Assembly: GCF_008831285.2 (NCBI RefSeq)
Contig: NC_045138.2
Location: 28,458,001-28,522,000 of the forward strand
Origin: Nymphaea colorata
Lineage: Eukaryota
Length of the DNA: 64,000 nt
Direction: 5' to 3'
Shown here: one piece after another, positions 1 through 11,763 of the stretch
Layout of the letters: each line of letters starts with the position of its first letter
Numbering within the stretch: position 1 is the first letter of the stretch
The notes under the pieces: model-generated
What the model saw: only the letters and a program-made list of their open reading frames with translations
Told to the model about the DNA's origin: nothing
The model's database searches: none
Made by a program: the position numbers and the translations under genes

Positions 1-2897
1 TAAAAAATATTCACTGTGATAATGCTCTTGAATTTAAATCTTTGGTTCCACTTCAATTTTATGCCAATCATGGGATTCTACTACACTATACATGTCCCCA
101 CACATCCCAACAAAATGATGTTGCTGAATGCAAACATCAACAACTTCTAAATGTGGCTCATGCCCTCATGTTGCATACTCATATGCTTGCCTACTATTGG
201 GGCGATGCTATCTTCATTGCATGCTATCTCACCAACAAATTGCCTTCGTTTGTCATCCAAGAACACGTTTCCATTCAAATACTATATCCAGATTGATCAT
301 TATTTTATATACCTCTCAAAATTTTTGGATGTACTTACTTTGGACACATCTTGGGCCCAAACAAAATACAAACTTGCTGCCGAAGCCGTCAAATGTGTGT
401 TCGTCAGCTATTCTGCCAATAAAAAAGGCTATTGATGTTTTGATCCCCAAAACAAGAAAAAGATGATCAATGCAGATGTTACATTCTTTAAGTCTCGTCC
501 TTATTTTTCCACTCCAAATATCACTGTCTGAGCTCCTCGTGTCTGTTCCTCTTCCTATTCCCCCAGTACCACTTGAATCTATCCATTCCTCTTAACCATT
601 GTCATGTGATCGTTTTCTTGATCCTCTAATAATCTATACTCGGCATCAAGGTCTCTCTCCAAAACCACTCACCAGAGTCTTTTCATGAGGTAAGTTCCAC
701 TGATAAGACTGACTCAGGAAAAAATGAAGATTATTTTGTAGATGATCTACCTATTGCCATCCGCAAGGGCTAGCAACAGTACACAAGGCATTCGATTTCT
801 AACTCGGTTTCTATGGACCATTTGAGCACAATTTTGGTGTAGTTCGATTGAGCTATTGCTAGTCACACTATTTCGACCTCTCACCACCAAGCTTTATTAG
901 ATTCACGGTGGAAGCATGCCATACAGGAGGAAATATATGCTTTTCTTTCTAGGGAGACTTGGGACCTGGTGGACCCACCGATGAACTATAGTGTTGTTAG
1001 CTCCAAATGTGTATCCACCATCAAATATCATTCTGATGGTTCCGTAGAGCGCTTCAAAACTTGTCTTGTTGCAAAAGGCTATACACAGACGGGGTGGACC
1101 GATTTTTCCCCCATGCCGATAAGATGCTAAAAAATCCACCACTTTAATGCCTGTTTCAAAGATTGATAATTTGGTATCTAATTGTGAAAAAGCAAGTGTG
1201 GGTCTATGAATAGGAGATGTTGTGCGAGTATCTACAAGACCTAAATTACCAACAGGTCCTCCAAGAACATTGAAAATTCATCCTAGAGTGGCTCCACCAA
1301 CTGGAACAAAAGTAAATGGATCCCGGTTGTTTGGTCATTTGATAACCAGAGTCATTCTTTGATAAATGATCACTATGAGTCGCACTCAATGGAATTTGAT
1401 CAAAGTGATCTGTACGGAACTCTCGATGCATCTATCTGTGTCAGGGGCCCTAGACACATAACTGCTCAAGATATCATCTCTTGAGATGTTTTTGTCTGTG
1501 GCACGGTTAGGTACTATTCACTTTATTATATCTCTCGCAATTCAGCAGAATTGACCTCTTTCAACTTGATGTGAAAAATGCATTTCTATATGGTGATATC
1601 TTTGAAATGATTTATATGCGACAACCACCTAGTTTCGAACGATAGAGTGAGTGTTCCAAGGTATGCAAACTCAAAAAAGCTATCTATGGACTTAAACAAA
1701 ATTCCCGTGCATGGTTCTATAAACTAAGTGAGGTTGTCTCTAAATGTAGATTTTGAATATCTTAGCTTGATCACTCGTTATTTATCAAGTGAGGGACTTC
1801 TGGTATAATGATATTAGTTGTATATATTGATGATATTGTCCTCACTGAAAAAAGTACTCAAGAGATAGCTTAGACAAATGAGTTTCTATAGCAACACTTT
1901 GTCACAAAAGATATTTGTCACTTCGTTATTTTCTTGGTATTAAAGTAGCTCGTACTAATAAAGGGATTGTGATATCTCAAAGGAAATATGTTCTTGATCT
2001 TCTGCAAGAAACATGGTTATTGGGAGCCAAACTTGCTACATTTCCTATGAATCCTCAAATTCATATTCATGATGATGAACCAAAGGCTTTTGACTCTGTT
2101 CTTACAGATCTTTGATAGGAAAACTTTTATATTTGACCATTACTCGACCTGACATCAACTTTGCCATGAATAAGCTAAGTCAATTTATGGAAAAACCTCA
2201 AAAAATTCATTGGAAGTCTGCTTTAATGGTGGTAAAATACTTGAAATCAGCCATAGGAAAGGAGTTATGGTTCAAAAAGGGAAAATGTGTGAATGTAGAA
2301 GCATATAATGATGCTGATTATGTAGGGTCAATAAATGACATGAGATCTACTATCAGTTTTTGTGTTTGTATTGGTGGGAATCTTATTTCTTGAAGAAGCA
2401 AGAAACAAAATGTGGTTGCTAGGTCTAGTGCTGAGTCTGAAGATAGGGTGAAACTGCGGCTGAGATGTCATGAGTCAAATCAGTGCTTGTAGAATTGAGA
2501 ATTTATGTGAGACTTCTTATAAAGATGTATTGTGATAACAAGCAACAACCTACATTGTAAATAACTATGTCTTTCATGAAAGGACGAAACACATTGAAGT
2601 GGATTCCCATTATGTTGGAGATTTGGTACAAAAAGGTGTCATTAGCACAATTCATGTTTTCTCTAAAGATCAAGCAGTTGATAAGATATTTATGTTACAG
2701 CTTGAGAGGGAGTGTTAAAGTTTTTTAGTCTTAAAGTGGAAATGGGCCTACTTACTATTTTCTTGTTTTTAGTGGACTGAAATTGTAAATATATATTGTC
2801 GACACCCTAATCTTTTTTAATAGGAGATTAGGGTTACATGATCTAATAAGAAAAAGTTCTCTCTCTCTTCCCCTCCTCCTCTCTTCATTCTGCAACA
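1..2897 (+). mobile_element. Degenerate Ty1/copia LTR retrotransposon: integrase, RT, RNase H, PPT and putative 3' LTR; the 5' part lies outside the window
   Basis: Integrase fragment (TCPHTSQQNDVAECKHQQLL, 42-296). RT fragments (LRYFLGIKVAR...SQRKYVLDLL; IGKLLYLTITRPDI). RNase H (AYNDADY...; FHERTKHIEVD near 2575-2605). Order int-RT-RH is the copia order. PPT ttgagagggag at 2702-2712 is followed by TGTT... at 2713, ending ...CAACA at about 2897. Many stops and frameshifts. Confidence 0.9.
1097..1480. other. Mosaic nuclear plastid DNA insertion (NUPT): atpB fragment (-, ~1097-1308), ycf2 fragment (-, ~1311-1403), rpoA fragment (+, ~1403-1480)
   Basis: Minus strand reads [34 protein letters not shown]...[29 protein letters not shown] (plastid AtpB) and [30 protein letters not shown] (Ycf2). 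Plus strand reads [26 protein letters not shown] (RpoA). The block interrupts the copia RT between KGYTQ and FEMFLSVARL. Confidence 0.88.
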
Positions 2898-4234
2898 CAA
2901 ATAATAATCATTTTTTGAAAAAAGTGCATGTCTGCATGGTGCATTTGGGAGAGAGGCAACATAACATATTATGATATTAACTAGAGAGTTGGAAAGGTAT
3001 TCTGTGAACAAAAGCACTTCTCTTTTAGGTTGATGGACTCTGTAACATAGTAATATCCATGACATTTCCTCTGTCTATGACATTTTCATTAGGTTACAAT
3101 TCAACTAAACAAGAAATTAACATGCACCCTCAGCTTATATATGGAGCTGCTTATGTGTGGGTTTGGCTGGGGCTGATCTTTTCATTTCGTCAGTAGTTTT
3201 GATCTGTTGACTTAAATGTGATAATATGATGCTCCATTTTTCAAATGGTCGGTTAGTTCCTATAGTGACGGCAAAGTTATGAAAAACACTTGTCATCACG
3301 AGATTCATGACACCATAAAGGGCCTTTTCCAACATTTGTCAAGTGCAGGGAAAGAATAACCGGCACTTTAGCATGTGATACAGCTACACTTTTTAAATGC
3401 CAGCTAAAGTCCAGTGAAAAACATCCTCTCATGCCTATTTTATACTCTTTGAAGTATATAAATTCAGTTCGTAAATGAAAAAAAATAATTATAATACGCA
3501 ATAATTACAGTCTAGTTTCTCTTTTATTGAGTGCCAACTTCATATGAAAAATTTACACTGACCACTGCCTTCATTATATATAGAATTACTGCATTCCATC
3601 GGCCGGGTTTGGCCGAAGGAATCATCTGGCCTCTTAGGAAGTGCCCTGATGCATCCATAAATACACACACATAAGGGGTAGAGGGCATGTGATTGAGAGA
3701 TGAGAGAGAGACGAAACAGAAAGAGAGGGTAAAGAATCCGGTTTTCTACCTCCTGCTCATCCATATCCTAGCGAGACATGTAGCCTGCCATGAGGGTATG
3801 TTTGAAATGCCTGAGCGGTAATCGTCCATGTACTTGGACATTCTGGAACGGTGGAAGGAGGAGGGTAAGCCTCATATGTCAAGTTAGCGAACAGTCAGAC
3901 ATGCCCGGCAGTAGTTCTTTTAGTATTGGCAAAATTTATTTTGTTTTTTCTTCTCCTTTTTTTCCGGCCAATGAAAAGTGATTAGTATTATTTATCATAA
4001 TCTCTTCCAGTGCAAACTTCTCTTCCTGCCACCGTGGGCAATGGCATGTACAATAGTGGGGTTCTGGGCATTCATGTTCACACTTAACACACAATCGTTG
4101 AATTACATCAGCCAGAAACTTGTTCATATCCGGGATTCGAAGAAGCACGCCGGAAGTTATGTTTGAATTCCTTGCAGTCAAAACCCACCACATTAAAGCA
4201 TTTTCCCGCTCATTGTTGCAGCAGATCTGAACCG

Positions 4235-4822
4235 TTGTTAACATATTCCGATCGAGCGAGCACTTTGCTGGCGTTCTTCTGTATCACCTTCCATGCTTGG
4301 GCGACATGGCCGTCCTCGGTGAGGCTTGCACCAATCACAAACCTGATCACGTAAGTCTCACCTTCCATGCATGAATCATGTAGTCACTGACTCTAGCAAC
4401 TACGTGATCACAAAGATTGCTGCCGAGCCAGTCCATGACTATCGACTCAAGTTCAGTGGCTGCAGGCGACGACATCCAGTTGAAGCAAACTATACTTTGC
4501 ATTTCGTCTATGAACCTGCTATGCTCCTGCTGGATGGAAAGTAGGCAAAGTAGTTAGAACTTTGCCAGTGAGATATCTCCGGGAAGATGTCCTTAACCAC
4601 ATGGCATCAATTGAGTCGGGGTTGTCCGGGGCTGATCCTGGCAAACGCTGGCGGAGGTAACCAGTTCAACTTGGCTGAAAACTGGTGCTTGGCAGTGTTC
4701 TGGTAGTAATGAGCCAAGAAATCAACCACAAGGTGGGCTTGTTTTCTGAACTCCTAGGGGTTTAAGAGCTTGTTTAATACAAAATTACCTTGAAGTGGAT
4801 CTTCTAATTGGAATATCCCCAT
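4235..4822 (-). pseudogene. Tyrosine/DOPA decarboxylase pseudogene with a large internal deletion
   Basis: The N-terminal part (ATG at 4822 to ...[19 protein letters not shown] near 4420) is joined to the C-terminal part (...FVIGASLTEDGHVAQAWKVIQ). About 0.9 kb equivalent to 7855-8774 is missing, including the PLP lysine. Extra frameshifts and stops. Confidence 0.88.
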
Positions 4823-7672
4823 TTGCGAATTACCCTAGAAGATGGGTACAGCCCTAAAAGGGGAGAGACTAGCTTTCATCAGTTGGAGGGCCTCACTTAG
4901 GTAGCTCCTTTTCATTTATTTAATCAACAACACTGCTTTTTTCTTGCTTCAGCTCAGATGCCATTCTTTCGTAGCTTTTTTATTTGCACAATGCTTTCCT
5001 TTATTTTGGGTAAGCAAGAGAGATCCACCGTCCGTCCAACCGAGAGCCGATGCTCCCAACTAACCCCTTGTCTTCCTAATACTTTATTTTATTTAGTTTT
5101 GGAGTGCAGCATATCAATCAACTCCTACTTTATTGAAGTTGTACAACCATGTACGATGCATTGCACCCAGTTTGCAGAATCAAAATGTCACGCAATTAAA
5201 ATTTCAAGTTCCAGGGTGGGTGAGAGAGCGAAAGGCATAAAAAACAAAAAAGTGAACATTGGTTGAGTTAATTCCTCTTGAGAACTATACGTTGTCGTGT
5301 GTGGTATGTTGCTCAATGGTTAAAAATTGAAAATTTGTCACTATAAGTATCATTGTTCGACTGGTTGATGAAAGGACCATGAAATACTACTACATCGTAA
5401 ACTGTCACCAATGCTCATGCAATGCTGTTTGTTATTGACAGATTTTTAATTTTTTATCCATCTCAACTATGCAGTGTCACGCATCATATAGAGGTCATGT
5501 CATTGGGAGGTCATGTCACTGGTTTTTCAAAGTCATTCAGCCATCTATTGTCCTTTTAAAGTGGATTGATTACTGAAAAAAACTATCTGGTTAAGATCTC
5601 TGAATCAAAGTTAAACGTGGTTAGATCAGGTAGATGTGTGTAGAATGATGAAGAGATGAGCTTTTCCTATGTATATGCGAAGAGCCTAGATAGCTAGGTT
5701 GGTATGTATGGGCGACATGTAGAGGAAATGTGGTTGTCCATACATGGTCAATTGCAAGCCGCGTAACTGTGACTGACAACGAAGCAACCCACATCACTTC
5801 ACCCTCATTAACGTGAGAAACGTGCATAACCAGAGGAAAACGAAGGAAATTATATCAACTCTTGAAAAAAAATCATATTATTTATTTTGTTTTGGAGGTA
5901 GCGCCGACCACTATATTCACAGCGGGTCAAAAGTGCAAGTTCTTCTTTTAGAAAATGAGTTTCTTTATTATCACTTTTAACATTTTGTGCATCTGAATTG
6001 GAAAACCGAATCCCTACTATTTAATCTGTCACGTTTGAGTGACCTGTATGAGGGGGCAGGAAAATAATTGCATGCAACGTCCGCTTGGTGCAATATTGTG
6101 TTCTCAAAGGACGAGAATTTCTTGTGGAAAAAAATTAATGGAGTCCTCGATTGATTAAAACAGACAATTTTCTCCCGGCGAATTGTTAAATTACAAGAAG
6201 CGAAAAATTCTATGATACCTGATCAAACACACCCATTAAATTTACATATACATATATTTGTACAAAATTTTGTAAAGTTGGCTGCTTTATATGTGGCACT
6301 TATATATACATCCATGTAAATTCGATTTGGGGATCCAAATACAATTGATCAATGCCTTGATTAGTTTACTTTGTTGGTAGAGATCCAGTCTTAGATCTGT
6401 TCGTTTTATTGATCTAAGATATGTTGAAGGCCCAAGTCCAAGGGTTGATCGACACATGTTTTCTTAAAACAACATGATTGTAGTAATTAATTTGAATGAC
6501 GGCAATATCACTAATGTGAAGGATACTTTAAAGGATAACTTTACAAGGATATCTAATTAATAATAGTGATGGAAATTTGTCTGGTGACGTAGTAGTATTA
6601 TGTTTTGATGTATGGACAGAATAAGTTCATACGTATTTCAAAGCATGTAATTGGAAATTTTACTGAGTTACCACAAAACTAGATTAGGACATGACATTTA
6701 TGTTTAGTATTTAAAATACAAAATGGATAAGCTTAGTTAGGTCCAGTGACATGACGCATCTTTTCATTCCTAAACTGCTGAGATTCTGCTAAATTCTTCA
6801 CCTATTGAAGCGGAATCATATAGTCCAAAGGATGGCCTTGTCTTAAGCAAATGTATATAACCGTTAGATTAATTTTCTCACACTTGCCTTTGATTTAGAT
6901 AAGGAGCTAGAGCGCCAGATTTCAGTCTTTCAGTTGTGATCGTAACCTATTGTTTTGGACCAGTTTAAGTTATGACATCGGGATTTCTTAGCATCATGAG
7001 AATGGAAGATACATACGAGGCTTATACTTCTCAACGTTGAGGAGCTGAGGACATCGGAGAGTCAACAAATGCTTGACCATACGATGCATGTGGAAAATAA
7101 CCAGCCAAGGAGATTGTGTGGTAAATAGCTATTGATCTTGTCCTTCTTCATATGGACAAGTGTCCAAATAAAATTCGATGAGATACGTGTGGCCACTGAA
7201 TGAACGGTACAAAATGGAAGAACATGGTTTAACAAGTGTTCTCTTAACTGTGCGTGCCGGACCATTCTGCCCACGCCGGCGACCGTCGCCACTTGTCTTC
7301 AGCAAAACGAAGAAAATACAGACAAAAATGACAACCCACCTTAAATGGCGTTGGGTTTCTCCTCAGGCTTCGACGACGCCACCGTCAGCCATTGTTGGCG
7401 ATGGCCACCGTCTTCTTTTCTTAAATGTGCCTGTCGCCGGAGAAGGTTGCTGGACGCAAGAAGGAGCTAGCGGGGTGTTGTAGCGGAGAAGAAAGAAAGG
7501 AGCTGAAAAATTTACCTTGCTTAACATAGTGGTTAGGTGAAATTTAACTTGGAGTACTGCGGAATTCACGTGAACGTAACATGTGGTTATATTCTTTTGA
7601 ATTTAATGCAACAAACGACACACAACGATATTTCCTCCTCATCAATGTTTCTGCAGACCCGAACCGCTGTTG

Positions 7673-9202
7673 TCAAACACACTCCCATCCATCGAGCAGA
7701 TTGCTTGCATACTCCTGTATCACCTTCCATGCTTGGAAGACATGGCAGTCCTCAGTAAGGCTTGCACCGACGGCAAACCTGATCATGTAAGTCCCACCCA
7801 CCATTGCATGAGTCATGTAGATGCGGCCCGAGGAGTTCACGGCCTCTAGCAACTGCTGGTTAAGCTTGGCAGCGCATCCCTCCTCTGCTCCAGCAGGCAC
7901 CGGTGCGGGCAGCAGGAGCCGGAAACACACCATGGCAAACTTCCTGGGCACCACAACCTCGAACCTCTTGTCCATGGCCACAAGAATCTCAAATTGCTTA
8001 GCCATCCTAACATGGCTCCTTATGAAGTTTCTTATCTTGGTCACACCATAGCTGCGTAGGACCAGCCACAGCTTCAGCGCCCTAAACCTGCGACTTAGGG
8101 CAATCTGCCAGTCCTTATAGTCAATGACTTTCTTCGACTCAGTTGCCTTGTTCCACAAGTACTCTGGGTTAGTAGACAAGGACTCCACAAGAGCACCATG
8201 GTTCCTCACCCACAGGCAGCAACAATCCAAGTTGGTGAAGAACCATTTGTGTGCATTCATGCTAAATGAGTCCACATCTTCCACCCCGTCTATGAAGTGC
8301 CGGAATTCCGGGCACACACAGGCACTCCCTGCGTAAGCTGCATCAACATGCACCCACACCCCGAACTCCTTAGCCACCTGAGTTAGCGGTTTGACGGGGT
8401 CAACCGCCGTGGATGATGTAGTCCCTACCGTAGCACACAAGAACAATGGCACAAGACCAGACTTTGTGTCCTCAGCCATTGCATGCCGGACTGATTCCGG
8501 CGACAAACCGAAGTTTGTTGCCCTCGATGTGGCCACAGCCCTAAAGTTGACGATACCGGCAATTTGACAAGCCTTTTTTAAGGCACAATGGGTTTGGTCG
8601 GAGCCATAGACCACCAGCTTACCTATGTTGTGCTTCCCAACTTGCTCAAGTGCCCTGTCCCTGGCTGCAACCAAGGTACACAGGATCACCTCACAAGTTG
8701 TTCCTTGGAGCACACCTCCTCCTCCAGTAGTGTCGTTGCCGGAAAACAGGAAAGAATCCGGCAAACTGAGCATCCTGCCGAGCCAGTCCATGACTATGGA
8801 CTCAAGCTCGGTGGCAGCTGGCGACGACATCCAGTTGAACCCAACTACATTGAAGCCAATGCTTAGCATTTCGCCTATGAACCCCGCTGTGCTCCCACTA
8901 GAGGGAAAGTAAGCAAAGTAATTAGGACTCTGCCAATGAGTTATCCCCGGGATGATATCCTTAACCACGTCTTTAAGTATGGTATCGATTGACTCGGGGT
9001 TGTCAGGGGCCGAGCCAGGCAAGCATTTGCGGAGGTAACCTGGTTCAACTTGACTGAGAACTGGGTATTTGGCAACATCCCGGTAGTAGTCAGCCAAAAA
9101 ATCAACCACAAGGTGCGCTTGCTTTCTAAACTCCTCAGGGTCTATGAGCTTGTTTGATACAAATTGGCTTTGAAGCGGGTCTTCTAATTGGTAGCTCCCC
9201 AT
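7673..9202 (-). CDS. TYDC: Intronless PLP-dependent aromatic L-amino acid decarboxylase, tyrosine/DOPA decarboxylase type (509 aa from MGSYQLED)
   Basis: Open frame with group II decarboxylase motifs [40 protein letters not shown] lysine motif NAHKW and [19 protein letters not shown]. The catalytic-loop Tyr (PEYL) is retained, and Ser sits at the TyDC/TDC-discriminating position (IALSRR). The ORF-track start at 9268 is a TTG; the first ATG is at 9202. Confidence 0.95.
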   Translation of the reverse strand: MGSYQLEDPLQSQFVSNKLIDPEEFRKQAHLVVDFLADYYRDVAKYPVLSQVEPGYLRKCLPGSAPDNPESIDTILKDVVKDIIPGITHWQSPNYFAYFPSSGSTAGFIGEMLSIGFNVVGFNWMSSPAATELESIVMDWLGRMLSLPDSFLFSGNDTTGGGGVLQGTTCEVILCTLVAARDRALEQVGKHNIGKLVVYGSDQTHCALKKACQIAGIVNFRAVATSRATNFGLSPESVRHAMAEDTKSGLVPLFLCATVGTTSSTAVDPVKPLTQVAKEFGVWVHVDAAYAGSACVCPEFRHFIDGVEDVDSFSMNAHKWFFTNLDCCCLWVRNHGALVESLSTNPEYLWNKATESKKVIDYKDWQIALSRRFRALKLWLVLRSYGVTKIRNFIRSHVRMAKQFEILVAMDKRFEVVVPRKFAMVCFRLLLPAPVPAGAEEGCAAKLNQQLLEAVNSSGRIYMTHAMVGGTYMIRFAVGASLTEDCHVFQAWKVIQEYASNLLDGWECV

Positions 9203-9325
9203 TTGGAAACAGTAGTAGGAGATGGGTGGTTTCCTAGACAGCGGGAGAAGACGACGGTATTGCAGCAACGATGCAATGCGTTGGTCGAAGGGCTTGGTGT
9301 TTATTTGAGGAGCTAGCTAGGTGGG

Positions 9326-9334
9326 TTTATATAG
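9326..9334 (-). promoter_or_regulatory. Probable TATA box of TYDC
   Basis: CTATATAAA on the minus strand about 125 nt upstream of the ATG. It is conserved upstream of the 27170 copy (~27304-27312) and recognisable upstream of the inverted copy (~18096-18104). Confidence 0.6.
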
Positions 9335-11411
9335 AACCATAAAAAAAGGGTGGTCGTGACCGATGAACGATCTCCTCCTCATCATGGAAAACGTATAATA
9401 GCGTGATCAGGGAAATTTAGAATTAGATAAACTCTTAGCTACAAGAGACATATTATTCATCATATTTGGGAGGAATCACCAACGATTCAAGGAAACATAT
9501 TATTTATCTTATTTCTTGGGGAAGAACCCACTTACATGCCATTTAAGCTCTTGATGAACCATATTCTTTATCTTTGTTTGGAGGTGGCAACAACTAGTCA
9601 AGTAGAAAACGACTCGTTGGAATGGAAGACGGTAGATGCAATTTCATGTTTGTAGCGAGACATTTTTTTCGTTTTTTTTCCTATTTTGTCTTTATGGGAA
9701 GTTGTTTTAAATACCCAGGGGCCTATCCTAAAAGCATATCTTTTTCCTCTTCTACTGAAAAAAATGATGTATTCTTCAATTGCTCAATCAGTTTTAACAG
9801 ACCGAATTCATTCCATTGACTAATACCTAACCCTTGAACATCTCTCACCAACCTACAGGAACTATGTCCTCAATACCTACCTACACACCGAACCAAAAAA
9901 CTTTGAAGAAGCCATCAAACATGTTCATTGGAAGGAAGCTATGAAAGAAGAATTGCATGCTCTAGAGAAAAATCAAACTTGGGATTTGGTGCCACTACCC
10001 AAGGGAAAGAAATTACTTGGCTGCAAGTGTATATACAAGATCAAATACAAAAGTGATGGAACTATTGAGCGGTTCAAGGCGCGACTCGTTGCAAAGGGGT
10101 TCACTCAAACCAAAGGAATTGACTTTGCTCCAGTTGCTAAAATGTATACTATCAGAACTTTGTTGTCAATTGTAGCAAATAAAATCTGGAACTTGATGCA
10201 ACTAGATGTGAAAAATGTCTTCCTCAACAGAGAGCTTACTGAGGAAGTGTAAATGGAAATTCCTTCCGGTGTAAGCAGTAAGAGTGGCTATGCATACAAA
10301 CTAAAAAAGCATTTTATGGTCTCAAGCAATCTCCTTGAGCATAGTTTGCTCGCCTTAGTGATGCTTTTGTTTAATGTGGTTTTAAACGAAGTTCAACATA
10401 TTACACCATATTTACTCGTATTCATGAATCTAAAATTACTATCCTACTGCTATATGTTGATGACATTATATTGACAGGTGATGATGACATTTTTATGTTT
10501 CGCGTGAAGACATTTCTTGACAAGCAGTCTGAGATCAAGGATCTATGAGTCTTGCGACACTTCTTAGCGATTGAAGTTGCACACTCAGATAAAGGTATTT
10601 TCATATGTCAGAAAAAATATACTCTAGATCTACTTAAGGAGACAGGTAACATTGGAGCAAAAGCCGTCAACATACTTCTTGAAATGAATTGCAATTGAGA
10701 ACTGATGAGGGCGACCTTGTCGAGAATGTCTAAAGTTTTCAAAAACTTGTTGGGAAACATATTTATCTTAGTGCCACCAGACCAGACATCATGTATGCTA
10801 TGAGTCTTATAAGCCAATTCATGCACAAGCCCATGTCTTCACACGTCGATGCTGCTCATAGAATCCTTCGGTATCTTAAAGGAACTCTCGAAAAAGGAGT
10901 CTTAATGAAGCGAGGTCAGACAGTAGATGTCATTAGATATTGTGATGCTGATTATGCAGGAGACCCAAACGATAGGAGATCAACCTTTGGATACTGCATC
11001 CTTGTTGGAGGTAATAGTGTGACATGGAAGAGTAAAAAACAATTAATGGTTGTCAGTTTAAGTGCAGAAGCTGTATACAGAGGCAAGGCAGGATGCACAA
11101 TGAATTGATATGGATCAAAGCATTACTAACAGATATGAGTATTGAAACTAATGGACCCATGAACTTAATGTGTGACAACATGCTCGCTATCTACATTGGA
11201 ACCAATCTGGTGTTTTAAGAACGAACCAAGCACATAGAAGTCGACTGCCATTTCATATGGGAGAAGATCCAAGATAATACCATTCAAACAATTCATGAGA
11301 AAAGTGACAAGTAATTGGCCAATATATTTACCAAAAGTTTGGCAAAGGAAAAACATCATACTATAATTCACAAGTTGGGACAGATAGACATCTATGCACC
11401 AACTTGAGGGG

Positions 11412-11763
11412 CAGAACCAACGAAGACCTCTCTTGGTAAATCTATCAGATAGGCAACAAATCTGAATATCGAGATTAATGGGATAGATTGTAATCGCAAG
11501 TTTTTCTCGATAGGATTAGTTTCTATCTCGAGTTTCTCTCGATAGCTAAGGAATTGTTGTCCTTATCCCATGTCTGTCCGCTGCCTATATAAAGAAAAGC
11601 ACGTAACAAAGCATCGACGTAAGACAGACCAGAGTAGTTTAATGAAGTTCGTTCCCCTTTCTTCATGGATTTAGGCAGTAATGCCGAACCACGTAATCTT
11701 GTGCCTCTCTGTGTCTCTTTAAACTCTTGTTACTCTGATTTTTCCACTCCAAAATTCTAAACA
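11412..11763 (+). repeat. Internal (shared) LTR lacking its 5' terminus
   Basis: Direct repeat of 15717-16073. About 28 nt spanning the PPT end and the TG terminus are deleted. Followed immediately by the tRNA-iMet PBS. Confidence 0.88.

Noticed and set aside
3540..3910. LTR-like GA-rich segment
   Set aside because: No termini, PBS, PPT or second copy identified.
6422..7070. Possible solo LTR (TGTTGA... with a TATA-like motif)
   Set aside because: No matching TSD and no clean CA end or partner copy in the window.
9203..9268. 22-aa N-terminal extension of TYDC in the ORF track
   Set aside because: It starts at TTG, not ATG, lies between the TATA box and the conserved MGS start, and carries an indel in the duplicate.
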